DNA from: Cycas panzhihuaensis
Taxonomy: Eukaryota > Plantae > Cycadophyta
NCBI GenBank assembly: GCA_023213395.1
Contig: CM041465.1
Span: 137,089,741-137,153,740, forward strand
DNA length: 64,000 nt
Direction: 5' to 3'
A program made the position numbers and the translations under genes. The notes beneath the pieces were generated by a model. That model did no database searches and had not been told where the DNA came from. It saw only the letters and a list, made by a program, of their open reading frames with translations. This document shows positions 21,241-35,900 of the stretch, piece by piece (position 1 is the stretch's first letter; every line of letters begins with the position of its first letter).

Positions 21241-24200
21241 AGAAGAAATAGCCCTAAGAAGAGTCTATCACATGAAGAAGACACATAATAACCATTGCCT
21301 ACAGTAGTTCGCAGGTTGCTCATAGCCACACACGAAGAAGATGGTTTGCCCAAACACTGCTCAGTTGGCCCCCAACATTACACCACATCATCACAGTTAA
21401 TGGAGAACGACCATATGCCCATGCCCACTAGATCTGCACAGAAAATACAGCCCAACTAGAGCATGCAGATCTCCCTTGAAGAAATCCATGGAGGAATGAT
21501 AACTGCCTACAAAAAATTTGATGCAACTAAGTTGAATTCGCAAAAGAATTTCTTGAAAGTCTAAAAAGAAAAATTGTACAGAGACGAATTTTCTCAATAG
21601 AATAAAAAGAATTTGTAGGTTTTAGAAAAAAATTAATTATTTTTAATAAATATTTGAGATCTGGTGGTAGGTTGTGTCCGTTATCAAGAGGTCATATGCA
21701 AAGCCCATATGATCGAGGGTTAAGCTGCGAAGGGGACAAACTCTAAAATGGAGTTAATTAAATTGAAACTCTTTTGATTTTGTAATTTTTTTATATGATT
21801 TTTTAAATTTGCCACCTATTTGTTAATGATTGCATAAATTTTCATGGTACACTCGCACATTTTCTTTCATCACTTTTCACTTGTATGCCAAATTCAAGTG
21901 CCACTAGTTGCGTTGGATTTGTTATTTGGAGATAGTCGAAATGAATAGTCACATGACATACTTCAAATAGTGGATGACAAAGAAAGTGAAGGGTAAAGTT
22001 GATGAAAGTGATCAAAACCTCATAAAAGATGAATTTCATAACTGTTTTAAGAAAGATTTTAATATATTATGATGTTTTCAAAGGTTCTTTATAGAATGGT
22101 AATGCTATTTCTACATTTGGATGCAAGAAGTATATTTTGGTTCAAAATTAAGTAAAAAATGCTAATTTATGACAGGTTGAAGGCTCATATTGATAAAATT
22201 TTAATAAATGGGTCATATTCTTTTGATACATGGACATCAATTTTTTCTTTTGCATATATTCATATTTGGTTTAAGGTGATCTAAATACACTTACCAAATT
22301 GTCAAATCACCTAGTTTGATGCATTTTACCTAGTTTATTTGATATATAATCACCACCTGCTATTTCTTATCAAAGCTATCGTTTAGGTATTCAAAGCCAT
22401 CATTTAAGTGTTCAGAGTCACATTTGGATGAGCCATTTATGAAGGAGTTTGTCACATGCACTAGTATATGTATGATTTCTCATTTATTTATATACACACT
22501 TTCCTTCTTTTGTTTAACCTAGTTATCATTTATTACTTGAATCTCGATCACTTCTAATAGGCACTAGTACTTATGCATTTACATGTGATTTACTCTGTTC
22601 TCTTAATCTCTCCATGAACAACTCGCATTTACATCCTTGAGTCTTTGCGAAAACAGTGAAACCTATTCATTTCCATTTAAAAGTCTACTTGAGAACTTGT
22701 TAAGGCCCATCTTAAATATACATCAAAGTCTATTTTTTTTGTTCCAATTTCCATTTTAGGTATGCTTTAGCTCGTTTATCTCTAGTTCTGTCTACATATA
22801 TTGTTCATGTGTGGATACTTATGACTCCTATTTTTTTAGTGAAATCTTATGTACTTACACTACTATATTAATTGCATTAAGGATTTATAAGAAACCTATG
22901 ATTAAAAGCCATAAACCACATTTGTGGATTCTTTTTATCCATGCCCTTCATTATTGTTCTAATTTTATCTATTTTATTGGATCAATAGTTGTATTTATAT
23001 ACAACACAAATTCATAAAAACTACCTTTTACATTTTTACACATCTCAATTGTAATGAAACATCCCATTGAGGCAGAGTAGGGATTGCATACGCAAATATA
23101 GCCATGGTAGGTTGACTCCCTCCAAAGGGATAAAACTTATCTATGTCTTCCCTATCCTCACCATTATCATTGTCCCACAAAGATTAAAAATAGACTATGT
23201 AGTAAGGTTTAGGTCTTATAGATAATTATACGATCTTTTTTGTCTATCCTTGCAATGATTGCATGAAAAATAGTACACAGATCCCATTAACATCAATGTG
23301 GATTTCATAATATTTACACACAATATTTACATCTGCCTTATTCCTCAACTTTATAAAGTATTTACACATTTTTTTCCTAAGTATTTACTTACAAACTTTT
23401 ATTTGCATCTTTTGCCCCTACGATATTTAAATTTTTGTGCCCGCTTTTTTGCATAAGATATGATAACTGTATCTATCTTGATCTTGTTAGTTTGTAGTCT
23501 TTGCAATTCATATATACTTGATTATTTTATGTTAATGATTGGTATTATCGACACCATCAGTTGACCGAATATATCAAGTCACTCACGCATTTATTCCAAC
23601 ATGTTTATCCCAAGCATCGTGGGCTTATACATCTTGGCTTGCGTAATGATAAGCATATACTGTACAATGATAGTAATGATTTTATAAGACCATGTCTAAC
23701 TGTTTAATGCCATGGAAAAATCTCCTTTCTTGCTCTTGAGCATCATATGCTTGACTAAGATAGTCTCAAGTTACATGATTATTTCAATGTGTTATTTGAA
23801 TTATTTGTATATATCTCTATCAAATCCTTTGGTTGCATATTTAATCTACAAGTCATATTCAATGCATAAGTGACTAAAATACCATTTTTTTCAAAGGGGC
23901 TAATTTATTTTTCAAGGAGTCTATATCGAAACAAGTACTTATTTATGCTTTAGTAGTGATATCAATCACTAACAAGGGTCATTTTTAGTTCTACTAGCTC
24001 TAAAGCATTCTACACTTCCCCCCAAACAAAATGAGTGGCCCTATGGCTATGTTTGGTCTTTATTTGACAATATTTTTAATGACTGAAAGTTAATGTAAAG
24101 TTTCTTTGTAGTTCATGTACTAAAGGGCTCTTTATCCTTCTTAAGTGTCTTATACTTTTTAATACATAACTTGGTCATATAAAGTTAGAATTGAGTGTCA

Positions 24201-24561
24201 TTTGAGGCGTTAGGCTCATATTTTAATCCCCTATTGAGTGAATGATCTTTTAAATTTTTTCGAAGTCATTTGATGTAATATTTTATTAACTAAAGTTGAT
24301 GCTAATTTTAGACTTCCTACAAGATGACCCTTAAATAAATATAACAAAAATTTAGTTTGTAATCATCATTAATATAAAAATATTGCTTTGGAGGAGGTTA
24401 AGTCCCAATTAGGACACTTGTGCATGTCTTAAAGATGAAAAAGGACAAGTTTTATTTATGATTTTAAGTGTCTTTATTACCTTGTTTAAATGATTTTTAA
24501 TATTTTTTTTCAAGCACTTTACTTTTTTAAATAATTTATTTTTAAGGTAATTTTCTTCATT

Positions 24562-27500
24562 ATGGCCTCAAATATAAGTAATGTAATGGTGCCAAAGTTT
24601 AATGGTACTAACTTTTTGAATTGGAGTAGAAGAATGAAACCCATTTTTACATCTAAGCATATGTGGGAATTGATTAAAACAGGTTATGGAGCACTTGAAG
24701 CCAATACCACTTAAGACCAAAATATGACCTATAAGGAGAATGAAAAGTAGGATAATGGAGCTTTTATGTTTATCTAATGTGCATTGGAGGATTATATTTT
24801 TCCAAGGGTGAGTGAAACATCTACATCAAAAGAAGTATGCAATGTATTGAAGACCACTTATGAAGGAGCAACTACATCAATACTCCAAATATTGAGGAGT
24901 AAGTTTGAGAAATGAATGACTTCATAACAAAAATCTAAGACCTAGTCAATCAAATAAAGGCTTTAGGAGAAGCTATTACCGAGTAAAGAGTGGTCGAGAA
25001 GATCTTAAGATGTGTTAGTAATATTAAAATATTTAGGATGGTTGCCATAAGTATTGAGATCTCTAAGGACCTTACTACCCTCAAAATTGATTAATTGAGT
25101 GTAATGCTACATGTTGTTGAGGAGAAAAAAGGGAGAAGCAAATTTCTAGAGCATGTATTTACCAGTAAGGTAAATATAATGGCTATTTTTTAAGGGCAAA
25201 GTTCTAAGGGAAGAAGATAATCTCCTAGAAGAAGAGGTCAATGACCTATAATCAAAATTAATTTTATCGAAGACAAGATTAAGCTTATCAAGGGCAAGGA
25301 TAATATCATCAAGGATAAATCCATTTTCATCAAGGTCAAAATCAATTTCAAAGTCAAGGGTAAAGATATTTTCAAGGCTAATTTAATTAAGGCAACAGAC
25401 AAAATTATGGACCCTAAGGAAGAGGTAAAGGCCAAAGTCAAAGAGGTAGAAACCAAAGATAAAGAGGAAGAAGTCATAAGGGTGGATGAACAATCCAATG
25501 TTCTTATTACTATAAAAGTGAGCACTTAGAAGAAAATTATTTTACAAAAAGATTTAATTTACAAAGGGGGACTTTTAATATAACTATTGAAGAAAGGAAA
25601 AATGAAAGACTTTTTCTATAAAGTTTAATGGCAAATGAGGAAGAAGGCAATTGGTATAAAGACTTAGGATGTTCTACCTACATGATACATAGAGAAGAGT
25701 GGTTGAAAGAATTGGATAACACCAAAAGAAGTAATATTATGTTTAGTGACAATACTACTCAAGTTGTAGTTGGCAAAGGAAATATTTCCATACAAACAGA
25801 TTTTGGAGAAATAAGGTGTATTAATAATATACTTTAGATCCCAGTACTAAAAAAATAATTGTTATAAACATGACAAATGATAGAGCAAAAGTAAAAGGTA
25901 ATATTTGACAATGGAGAATGCACAATCAAAGATAAGCCAAGGAATAAAGTAATAATGGCTAAGGGACAAATGACTAGTGATAAATTATTCAAATTAATTA
26001 TCCCCCCAATTGATTATTATGCCTTAAATGTTTCAACCAATATGGATAATAAAACATGACTCAAAAGACTTAGCCATATGAACTATAATAGTTTGGACTT
26101 AATGAAAAAGATGGAAATGGTGATAGGACTACCTAATATTAAACATGATCAGGAATTGTGTGAAGAGTGTATACTTAGTAAACAATAAAGGGACAGATTC
26201 TTTAATGAAAGTTATAGGGCCAATGGACCTCTTTAATTAGTATATACAGATTTATGTGGTTTAATGGATGTGGCTTTACTTAGAGGACTCTAGTGTTTCA
26301 TGATATTCAATGATGATTTCATAAGGATAATTTAGATTTTTTTTCTCAAGTTCAAGTTAGATGCACTCTAATGTTTCGTTGGCTTCAAAAGTATGGTTGA
26401 AAGATAAAGTGGAGTTAAAATTTTAACCTTAAGATTAGATAATAAGGGAGAATTTATTTTAAATAATTTTAAAGATTATTGTAAATATTTTTGAGATAAG
26501 AAAATAACTCATAAATCCCTACATGCCTCAACAAAATAGGGTTGCAGAAAGAAAGATCAAGACTATTATTAAGATGGCAAGAAGTATATTTAAGGATAAG
26601 CATCGAGGCAATGAATATTGGGCATAAGATATATATATAATTATTTATTTGTTACATAAGTATACCACTAAAGTAGTGAGATGGGTTGCACCTGTAAAAG
26701 CTTTGATATGTTACAATCCAAGTATTAAACACTTAAGAGTTTTTGGATGCATAGTTCATGCACATATCCTAGAATAAAAGAGGACAAAATTAAATGATAA
26801 AGAGTACCAAGTGGATATTTATAAGATATAGTGACGCTTCTAAATCCTATAAACTTTATGATCAAAGAGGCAAAAGAATTATTATGAGTAGGGATGTCAT
26901 CTTCAAAGAAGATGAATTCTATTAAGAAGAAGTTACTAAAAAAGACAGGTAAAAAGATCATGGTTAAAGTGGACTTTAACTCAAGTGGTATAAATGTACC
27001 TAATGTAAATAAAACAAGACCCTCTACTTCAAATCAAAGGGTCTCTAAATGGATATAAAGGGCTCATAACCCTCAAAACATCTTAAACAATAAATTTAAG
27101 AGAAGAACTACAAGATCTAAAAGGAGGAACTTTCTATTTATGACTTAAGTTATGGAGTCTAATGAGCCTCATAACTTTGAAGAGGAAAATAATCAAGATG
27201 AATTAAAGAAAATAATAGAGGAAGAGTATAATACCTTAGTGAAAATTAATATATCGAAGTTAATAGATTTGCCACATAGTAGGAATGATATTAGAATAAA
27301 ATAGGTTTATAAGACCAAGTATAAATCAGATATGCCTATTAATAAATATAAAATAAGAAAAGACTATGCTCAAATTGAGGGCATAAATTCTAATGAGACA
27401 TTCATACTTATTGCAAGGTTAGAAATAGTTAGGTTAATCACAGCCTTAGCTACATAATAATATTGGATAATACATCAAATGGATGTGAAAAGTGCCTTCT

Positions 27501-29365
27501 TGAATGGCTATGTAGATGAGAAGATTTATTTTCAACAACCCAAGGGGTTTGAAGTGAAAGGAGAAGAAGACAAGGTCTACAAACTTTAAAAGGCCTTATA
27601 GGGACTTAAGTAAGCACCTAGAGCATGGTACTTTATGATTGATAAGTATTTTAAAGATAAAGGATTTCAAAGAAGCCAATCAGGCCCTGATTTATATATA
27701 AAATGGAAGGAAGCTTAGTACTAATTATGGGATTATACGTGGATGTCCACATATATATTAGGAACTATGATCACTTATCCTAAAAGTTTAAGAAATATAT
27801 GTGCAAAGAATATGAGATGACAGAACTGGGACTTATGCATTGCTTCTTAGGCATAGAAGTATGATAGGATGAAAATGAGATATTTGCTTTCTAAAGGAAA
27901 TACACATTAGATATATTGCACAAGTTTAATATTAGTAGTCGTAAGCCATTTACAATACCAGTAGAGGTTGGGTTGAAATTGTCCAAGTTTGAGGAATTAG
28001 AATTAGTTGATCCTATACTTTATAGGTAATTAATTGGGAGCTTAATTTACTTGACTTCAACTTGACTAAACATCATGTATGCAATCAATGCAGTTTCTAG
28101 ATTTATGCATCAAATTAAGCTAAAACATTAGCAAGTAACTAAAAGGATTCTCAGGTATCTCAGAGGTGCTATTAGATATAGGTTACATTATAGGTCATCA
28201 GGGGATTATAGGCTGATTGGCTATATATATTTAGAATGGGTAGGTTTTATAGATGAAAGGAAATCTACTTCAAGATATATATTAAGTTTGGTTTTAACAA
28301 CAGTAACATAGAGTTCAAAGTAGCAAGTAATAATATCTATTTCTACTGCAATAACATAGTATAAAGCAACTATAATAGGAGTTTGTGAGATAGTTTAGCT
28401 TAGAAGATTCTTCAAGATTTATAGGAAAAATAGGTTGGTCCCCCATGACGGGGTTAATGTTCCTCACCTAACTCCCACCTTGGAAACATGTGAGTGCACA
28501 CTTCTTCATGGTAAATAAGGCAAGATTATTTTATTGTGTATTATTATTATTTTATATTATTTTAAATTGGAAGTTGAGGAGGTTTCCCTCCTTTCTCAAA
28601 AGTATATATCTTATGGGGTTGTAAACCCTAGTATTCATCAACACCACCAACTATTAGAAATCTGATGTATTCTCTTCATAATGGGTTAATACAATGTTAC
28701 TTCACAAGTGTACTTTGAATATGGCTTGAGTTACATGATTTCACCTGCTACTTTGAGCAATTCGAACATGTTATCAGAGTTGTGATCAAATTCTAACATG
28801 GTATCAGAGTACTTTGGTAAATTCTAACATCCCATAGTTACTTTATGATAATTAAAGCACCATTCAGAGATTAGAAATCTAATGTTTCATGTTAGGATAA
28901 AGCACCTTAAAACACTATCATTTCATCAAAGAGTTGGTATAGCAAGGTGAATTAAAATTAGTTTATTGCAATATAGAAGAACATATGACAAACATATTCA
29001 TAAAGGCACTTGGTAAAATAAAGTTTATTAAGTTTAGAGATAAACTTGGAATTTTTCCAAATAGGCATTATGGGGGAGAAATGATTGAATAATGCCCATA
29101 TCGGGACATGTATCCACCTTGTGGAGATTACCACATTGGGATTATAACTTAGATCGATGGAGATATTATTGTGGCAGCATGTCAGGTGTTTATCAATGGC
29201 AATCAGCAATAGACCTTAAGAGATATGTTAAATCTCTCTTCGTCCCACTTATTTATTCAAGGGGTCTAAAGACCCTAGGGTTTATCAACACCACTATTCT
29301 TATGGAATGTTGGTAGTGCCCGATCTTGCATTTTATTCTACTCCCTTTCTCTCTTGATTCCATCA
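24562..29365 (+). mobile_element. Ty1/copia C, degenerate gag-pol with 3' LTR 29082-29365; no 5' LTR recognised
   Basis: MASNISNVMVPKFNGTNFLNWSRRMK; WYKDLGCSTYM; HQMDVKSAFLNG; PPT GGGGGAGAAA 29072-29081; same family as copia D. Confidence 0.9.
28446..28829 (+). mobile_element. Solo LTR (384 bp) in copia C RNase H, with two internal PBS copies at its 3' end
   Basis: TG...CA termini, TSD CCCCA/TCCCA, host RNase H resumes after it; shares a ggggt..aa..ccct.g..tt.atcaa.ac motif with the C/D LTRs. Confidence 0.85.
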
Positions 29366-32300
29366 ATACATATTATATATTATTAATAGATTTATTTTTT
29401 AATGTAATATTATGTTAAAATATTATTTTTTATGGTTATTGATATAATATTGATATAGTGATGATTGATTAATGTGAAAGGTTCTCTAATACATAATCTG
29501 ATAGATTGATGTAATAATGAAATATAATTAGATGATGATATGGTGACATTTCTATATAAGGGTAACATATATTAAAAAGAAAATTAAATCACCTCCTCCT
29601 CCTTACATGGATAAGATGACTTACCATGTGGATCATTGATTATTTTTTCTTAGTATAAGATCTCATCTATATTTAGAGGTCATTTTTTCATTTATGGGTT
29701 TTTACACTAAACATAGTATCACATGTGGTGTCTGTATAATTGACCCTTTTCTCTTAGCCTTATTCATTTATTGTGTTTATTATATGCTTAATTGATCATA
29801 CAATTATATTTTCTTTTGCTTGATTATAGCCTTATACATAAGTTATTTTAGAAAATTTAAATGGTATTAGAGTTAAGGTGAAGTACAGGGCACATGTAAA
29901 GATCCAATTGAGATGTTAAATCATAGTTGCATAATAAAAGTAAAAAACAAGCCAACTAGTAAAATGTTGAAGTCCATACATACATGGTGATGATCTTTGT
30001 CATCTGGGGATAATCCATGGATGCGTTATGAGAGCCAATACTAAACCAAAAGTGAGTGAGTATCATAATCCAATATCAAACTAATTTGATAAGTAAAAAA
30101 CTAGGATATAATGAGGAGATGTGACTATATATTAATGGTAAGATAAAAGTGTTAAAGTTATGACAATAGTAAAAACTTGATTATTTCATTGATATGGACA
30201 ATTATTTATGTACGTAGACCTATACTCTAGATATATAGAATTTTATCAAGTTAATAATAATATGGAGAAGATTCTACGCTACTTAAAAACACCAAAACAT
30301 GCCTACATAACCTATTAAATTGAGAGAGAGTTGATACAAGAGACATGTATAACTGTAGATATAGTGTTTGAAATTGATTTAGTCTTGTGGATGTTGTTGC
30401 AAGCATTCAAATGGGGATTCACTACCACATCAAACAGTTTCCCTGGTATCTTAATGTGATTGTTCCCTATTGAATTTGTTACAGTATGAGATTAATTAGT
30501 GTTGATAGGTACGAAGTAAGAAATTAAGTATTTGAGTCTTATATTAATATGTTGAATTTATTATTGTTGTTGTTGTATTATTGAGTTGCTTACAAAAATT
30601 TCTATGAGGGGGCATTATTCAATATGTTTACGGAGACAAATTTGATACTAGGGTTTGAGGTGATAGTATATGGGCACATAGATATTATGAAGATATTGTA
30701 GGTTGTAGAATATTATTGAGCATCACCATAGACATCATAAATAAGGGTCATTTATGTAAGGTTACAAACTAAATAAGGATGCTTATTAATAAAGTTTTGG
30801 GTAGAGAATATATATATCATTTTGTATTGATCTAATTTATCATGATGGTCTCATGAGAGATCTCCTTAAGTGGAGTTTAGAAATCTAGTGAAATCATCAG
30901 AGTCTAAAATTTAGCTAATGAGTATTATCAACATGCACATTGAAGAAATAAATAGATAAAGTCCTATTAAGGCAAGCATTTTTTCAATCTATTATTTGAG
31001 GTTTCCTAACAAAAATGAAGTTGCCCAATGCCATTAGTTCTAATTTGCCATACAAGTTTAAAAGGTGAATCTACAGGCATTGCATCCAAAAATGCATATG
31101 CCCATAGGTTTGTAACCTGACACATCGAAAATTTACTCACACATCACTTTGAAACACTCATGGAAGAAATTACATGGAGCTCAACTAAAAATACTCACAC
31201 CCATAAAAGAAATCAACATAAATTCACCACCTATTGTTCCTCCATAATTATAAATGCATAAATCTTTTTAGATGGCACTGATTATATAAAGAGAACTATA
31301 GAGATATTAGCCAAAAAATTGTCATAGAGAAATCCTAAATGACAACATAACAATATGATGTCAAATTTATTTTTTGTAATGTTTTGATGATATTGCATAA
31401 AATTGGATATTTGTGTGAAGTCCGCCCAAGTCCCCTTCATAAACCCATATGGTCACATGGAATGAATAACATGACCACAAGTTAAATGATGAAGGTGCTT
31501 AACATCATTTGTTGATATGTTTCAATTTTTATATGACATACTACTTTTCATTGCATAACTTCTTTATACGAAACCAAATTTGAGTGCTATCAATTGCATT
31601 GGAAAGAAGATTTAGATAAAATCACAACAAATAGTTGCAAGGTATATTTTGGAGATCACATCATGGAAATTTTAATAGGTAAAGTTGAGCAAGTTATTTT
31701 TTGCATACTAAAAGGTTAATTTTTTTAGTAGTTTGAGATATGATTTAGCATTTTTTTTATTGATTTTAAAAGATCATGAGTATGTAATGATGAAAATAAA
31801 AGTGTAATGATAAATTTAGATATATATTTTATTGTAAAGTTGTGAAAAGTGACACATTAAGACTCATTTATGATATATTAGAGGTTAAAAATTTAAAAAT
31901 TTTCATTGTGAAGCATGCAAGAACTTGAAATAATGATAACAAATACATCTTGGGCTTGATGTTGATCCCATAAATGAAATGACGCATGGTTGATGGAATA
32001 ATGACCAATCACTTGGTTTAACACATGATTGCATAAAAGACAATAAGCACCTATTAGTTTATTTAAATGAATTAAATGATGAAAAAGGGATAAAGGACAC
32101 CACTTGGTTATTTGAGAGAACTTGGAAGTTTGATTATTGATTGAGAAAAGCTATTTGGTTGAATTATAATTAAGTTTGCCACTTGATATAATATGTGGAG
32201 GAGTCTTGTAAGCTTGTTTATTTAAAAAATTGATAATAATGAATGTAAATTATTTATAAAACTAGGTTCAACTATTGAGCAATCCAACTAATATATGTTT

Positions 32301-32932
32301 TTACAATTAGAATTCTTATCATCCCATACGACAAGAGATATAGAAATACATTTTACATATTACCTTCTTACAGTTAGCTTGATAGGCCAAGTGGTATGAC
32401 CCATTCCTAGAGTTGGTTGTTTTGAGAAAAGTTATTTGAGTGATTTATTATAAAATAAAGTTATATAGGGTTAAGTTTTCCTATATCTCATAAACAAAAT
32501 GCGAGAAAATATTCATGAATTACTCTTATTGCAATATATTTCACTAATTATAATATGCTATATTTGTTTCTGTAAAGCTAATGAACCATATATAAGAAAT
32601 GCTTCTTAGATAACTAATGATTGTAGTAGCTAATTGCCCATCTATTTTAGTGGATGGTTGTTATTTTATATGAATATTAGTTTTTAGTTTTATTAATGAG
32701 TTTATTTTATAGCTTACGAGTGGAAGATATGAAATTATTAAGATAAAAGTTTAGATATTATGATAAGTTAAGAATCATGCTTATTTGATTATTAGTTTAC
32801 AGATGGTAGTGTGATATAGTTTTATGATATGAGATGTAATTTACTTATAGGAGATAAGTTTAGGAAACAGAGGTTTGATAATTGATGCTTATAGGTAATA
32901 TAAATATATAAATGAGCAAATGATCTAGCATG

Positions 32933-35900
32933 TGTTGGAATAATGTCCGTTGGAGCTTGTATTCGCCTAGGGTCTGTTACCCATATTGGAGAGATAACCA
33001 AGATATTAATAGAGATATTATTGTGACTCTTTGTCAGAGCCTAGCCATACATAACTGCACATTGTCAGATATTGGCATCATCCATTCTGATATTTACCAA
33101 CGTTAGTCAATGGTAAATATTGAGCGGTGTGCCACATCTTACTCATATCCCATTTATTTAGCTATGGGGTTCAAACACCTTGGTGTTCATCAATACTATC
33201 ATTCTATCATATTATTGATTTGCTCTCTTCTACATTTTCCATGCTCCCTCTATCCCATAATTTCATCATTTGGTATTAGAGTTTAGTTTAAGAATTTAGT
33301 ACATAGTTTGAGCATTTGAATATCGTCTTCCTTATTATAGAAGTGATCATTTAGATCCAACATTCAGAGTTATTGTTTAGAGAACTAGTCATGTTCAAAA
33401 AAATCATCTATAGAGGAGTCTTGTAAGAAATATCTCTGCTCCCATTCAGTATCTCTCTTATTCTACAGAGCCTCTTTTTTAATACTCGCATCTTATTTAT
33501 TTTATTTTGAAGCATTTGCCTTAGTCAGTGATATTGCATAACACTATATCATGTTTATGAGAGTTATATATCATTTACCTATCCCTCATTTGGTAGGTGT
33601 ATTCGAGTTACCTTGTATCATTTATCTCCTCTATTTTTTAGGGAATGTTATAATACATGAATGGAGTATTGATCATCCAAAATAGATACATCTAGATATT
33701 GCTTCTCTCAAGCAATTATGAAGTAATAAGAGAAGCATTAACAACACCAAGATAAGGATTCTACACTCTTCTTTCACTACACAACATTTTAGAAAATATT
33801 AAACTCTTCTTTGAGCAGTCTTACCTCCCTATGCATTCTCTTCATAGTGTATTTTTCTATTAGAAGCTTGTTGATCTTTATGTGATAGTCTACTAGCTTG
33901 TTTGCATCCCATCTCATTTAAAATTTGCCCATTTATGTTGATTGAAAGTCTAGAGTCTATGACTATTTATGCCTATCCATTCTCGGGTAAACTAAAATCT
34001 ACATTTGAATATATGCATATTAGAATATAAAGATAATATATGTGAAGAACCATCTTGATATTTTAAATTTAATAATCTTTGAAGAACAAGAGAAAGGAAA
34101 GATAGTGATCTTATTGAAAGTGAAAGTGTAGCCTTGATCTATCAGTCATTTGCATCAAACTATATATGTCTTAATACAACCTTTCTTGCATTCACCCTAC
34201 ATGTCTCCAACTACGTATCTGCGACTTTCTCTTCACTGACAATTGCACACTCACTACATAGTTGTTTAAGCATTACATTTTTCAATATTTTCAAAACTTA
34301 GAAATACTTTAAGTCTGTCTGACTATTTATACATTTGCACCTCCCTCCATTTCATTGTGACTTCCATATCATGCAGTGATTAATGTTTTTTTTGCATTGC
34401 CTTTTTTCTTTATGGTTGGAATAATTTTGTTTATGGATATTTTATGCATTTAAATATTTATCAAATATTGATATTTGTGCCTCGTTGATGGATAGATCTA
34501 ACCACAAGCAGATAGATTTATGTAAATACTTTTTTCAATACAATCAATTAATGCTTTGTAATACTTTGGTTTCTCATTTTGTGGCTGAATATATTTATAA
34601 AAGTTAATTATTGAATTTGATATACAACTACATGTTTTTAATATGGCAGTTGCATTACCTTTCAACCAATTTAGCTTAATAGTCTCCAACATATTGATGT
34701 GGGATTGTTTAAATGTTTTTTTTTGAAATATTTACATTTCATTGCATCATAATATTTACGTTAGACATCTCATATCAACTGAAGACCACACTATTTGCAT
34801 ACATTTCATATCAACTAAAAAGCACATTGTCAACTGAAAAGCATATTGTTTGCACCCTTATTCTTTCAATAGGATATTTTAATGCATTTATTTAATCATT
34901 GATTGTTATCATAAATTGTGTACCTTTATGCATTTGATGATTGTATTCTAAATCTTTTGAAGCCTTAAAGTCTCATAACCCCTTTATCGAATAGCCAACA
35001 GATCATATGTAACATTTAAAGTGACAAATAATCATTTTTTAAAGGCGGCCAAGTCAAACTTTTAAAGCTGTTGTTCAAAGATAGGACTTGTCTCTACTCC
35101 AATGGTCACAACTTTCACCAACTCAGTCAAAAGTTGGTTTTGTCAACTTTAGGTTAGCATTCATTTTCACCCAATTGAAACAGGTGGTCATATGACCATA
35201 TTTCGTTTCAATTTGATGTACTTTTTGATGAGTTAAGTTGATGTAAAATTTATTTGAACCTTTAATATTAAAATGCTAATTTTTTATAAAACATTTTAAT
35301 GCATATCTTAAATGTCTAATATTAAAATTGTGTTTGATTTGAAATATTGGACTTTATTTTTTATCCTCTATTGAGTGGTAAAGACTTGAAGTTTTTTTTA
35401 AGTCATCTTACATAATATTTTTCTGCTCAAAAGTTGCACTAGTGAAGGGCTTCCTGTGTAATGACCCTTATATGAACTAGTCAAATTTCAAGTTGTAAGC
35501 TCTTAATAATATAAAATATTATTTTTTAAGTAGTTAAAGTCCTAATTGGGATATTTGTCTAAGTCTCAAAGATGAAATGGGATACATCTTGTGGTTTTTG
35601 CTTTCATCTTTCATTTCTTTTTAGTGCTTTGATTATACTTTACTTTAAGCACTTTTATATTTTAAAAATATTACTTTTCATGGTAATATTTTTTACTATG
35701 GCATTGAATATTGGAAACATAATGGTGCTTAAGTTTTATAGCACATATTTTCTTAACTAGAGTAGGCAAATAAAGCCTATCTTTATTGTCAAAGACATAT
35801 GGAAACTTGTTGATACATATTACAGATCAATTGATAAAGATACCACAAAGGAAGAGAATAAATATTTCAAGTAATGTGAAAAGAAGGACAATGAGGCACA

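Noticed and set aside
25190-25500. CAAGG-rich repeats (also 36340-36640) and antisense ORF 25238-25525
   Set aside because: Gln/Gly/Arg low-complexity linker of copia gag before the zinc knuckle.
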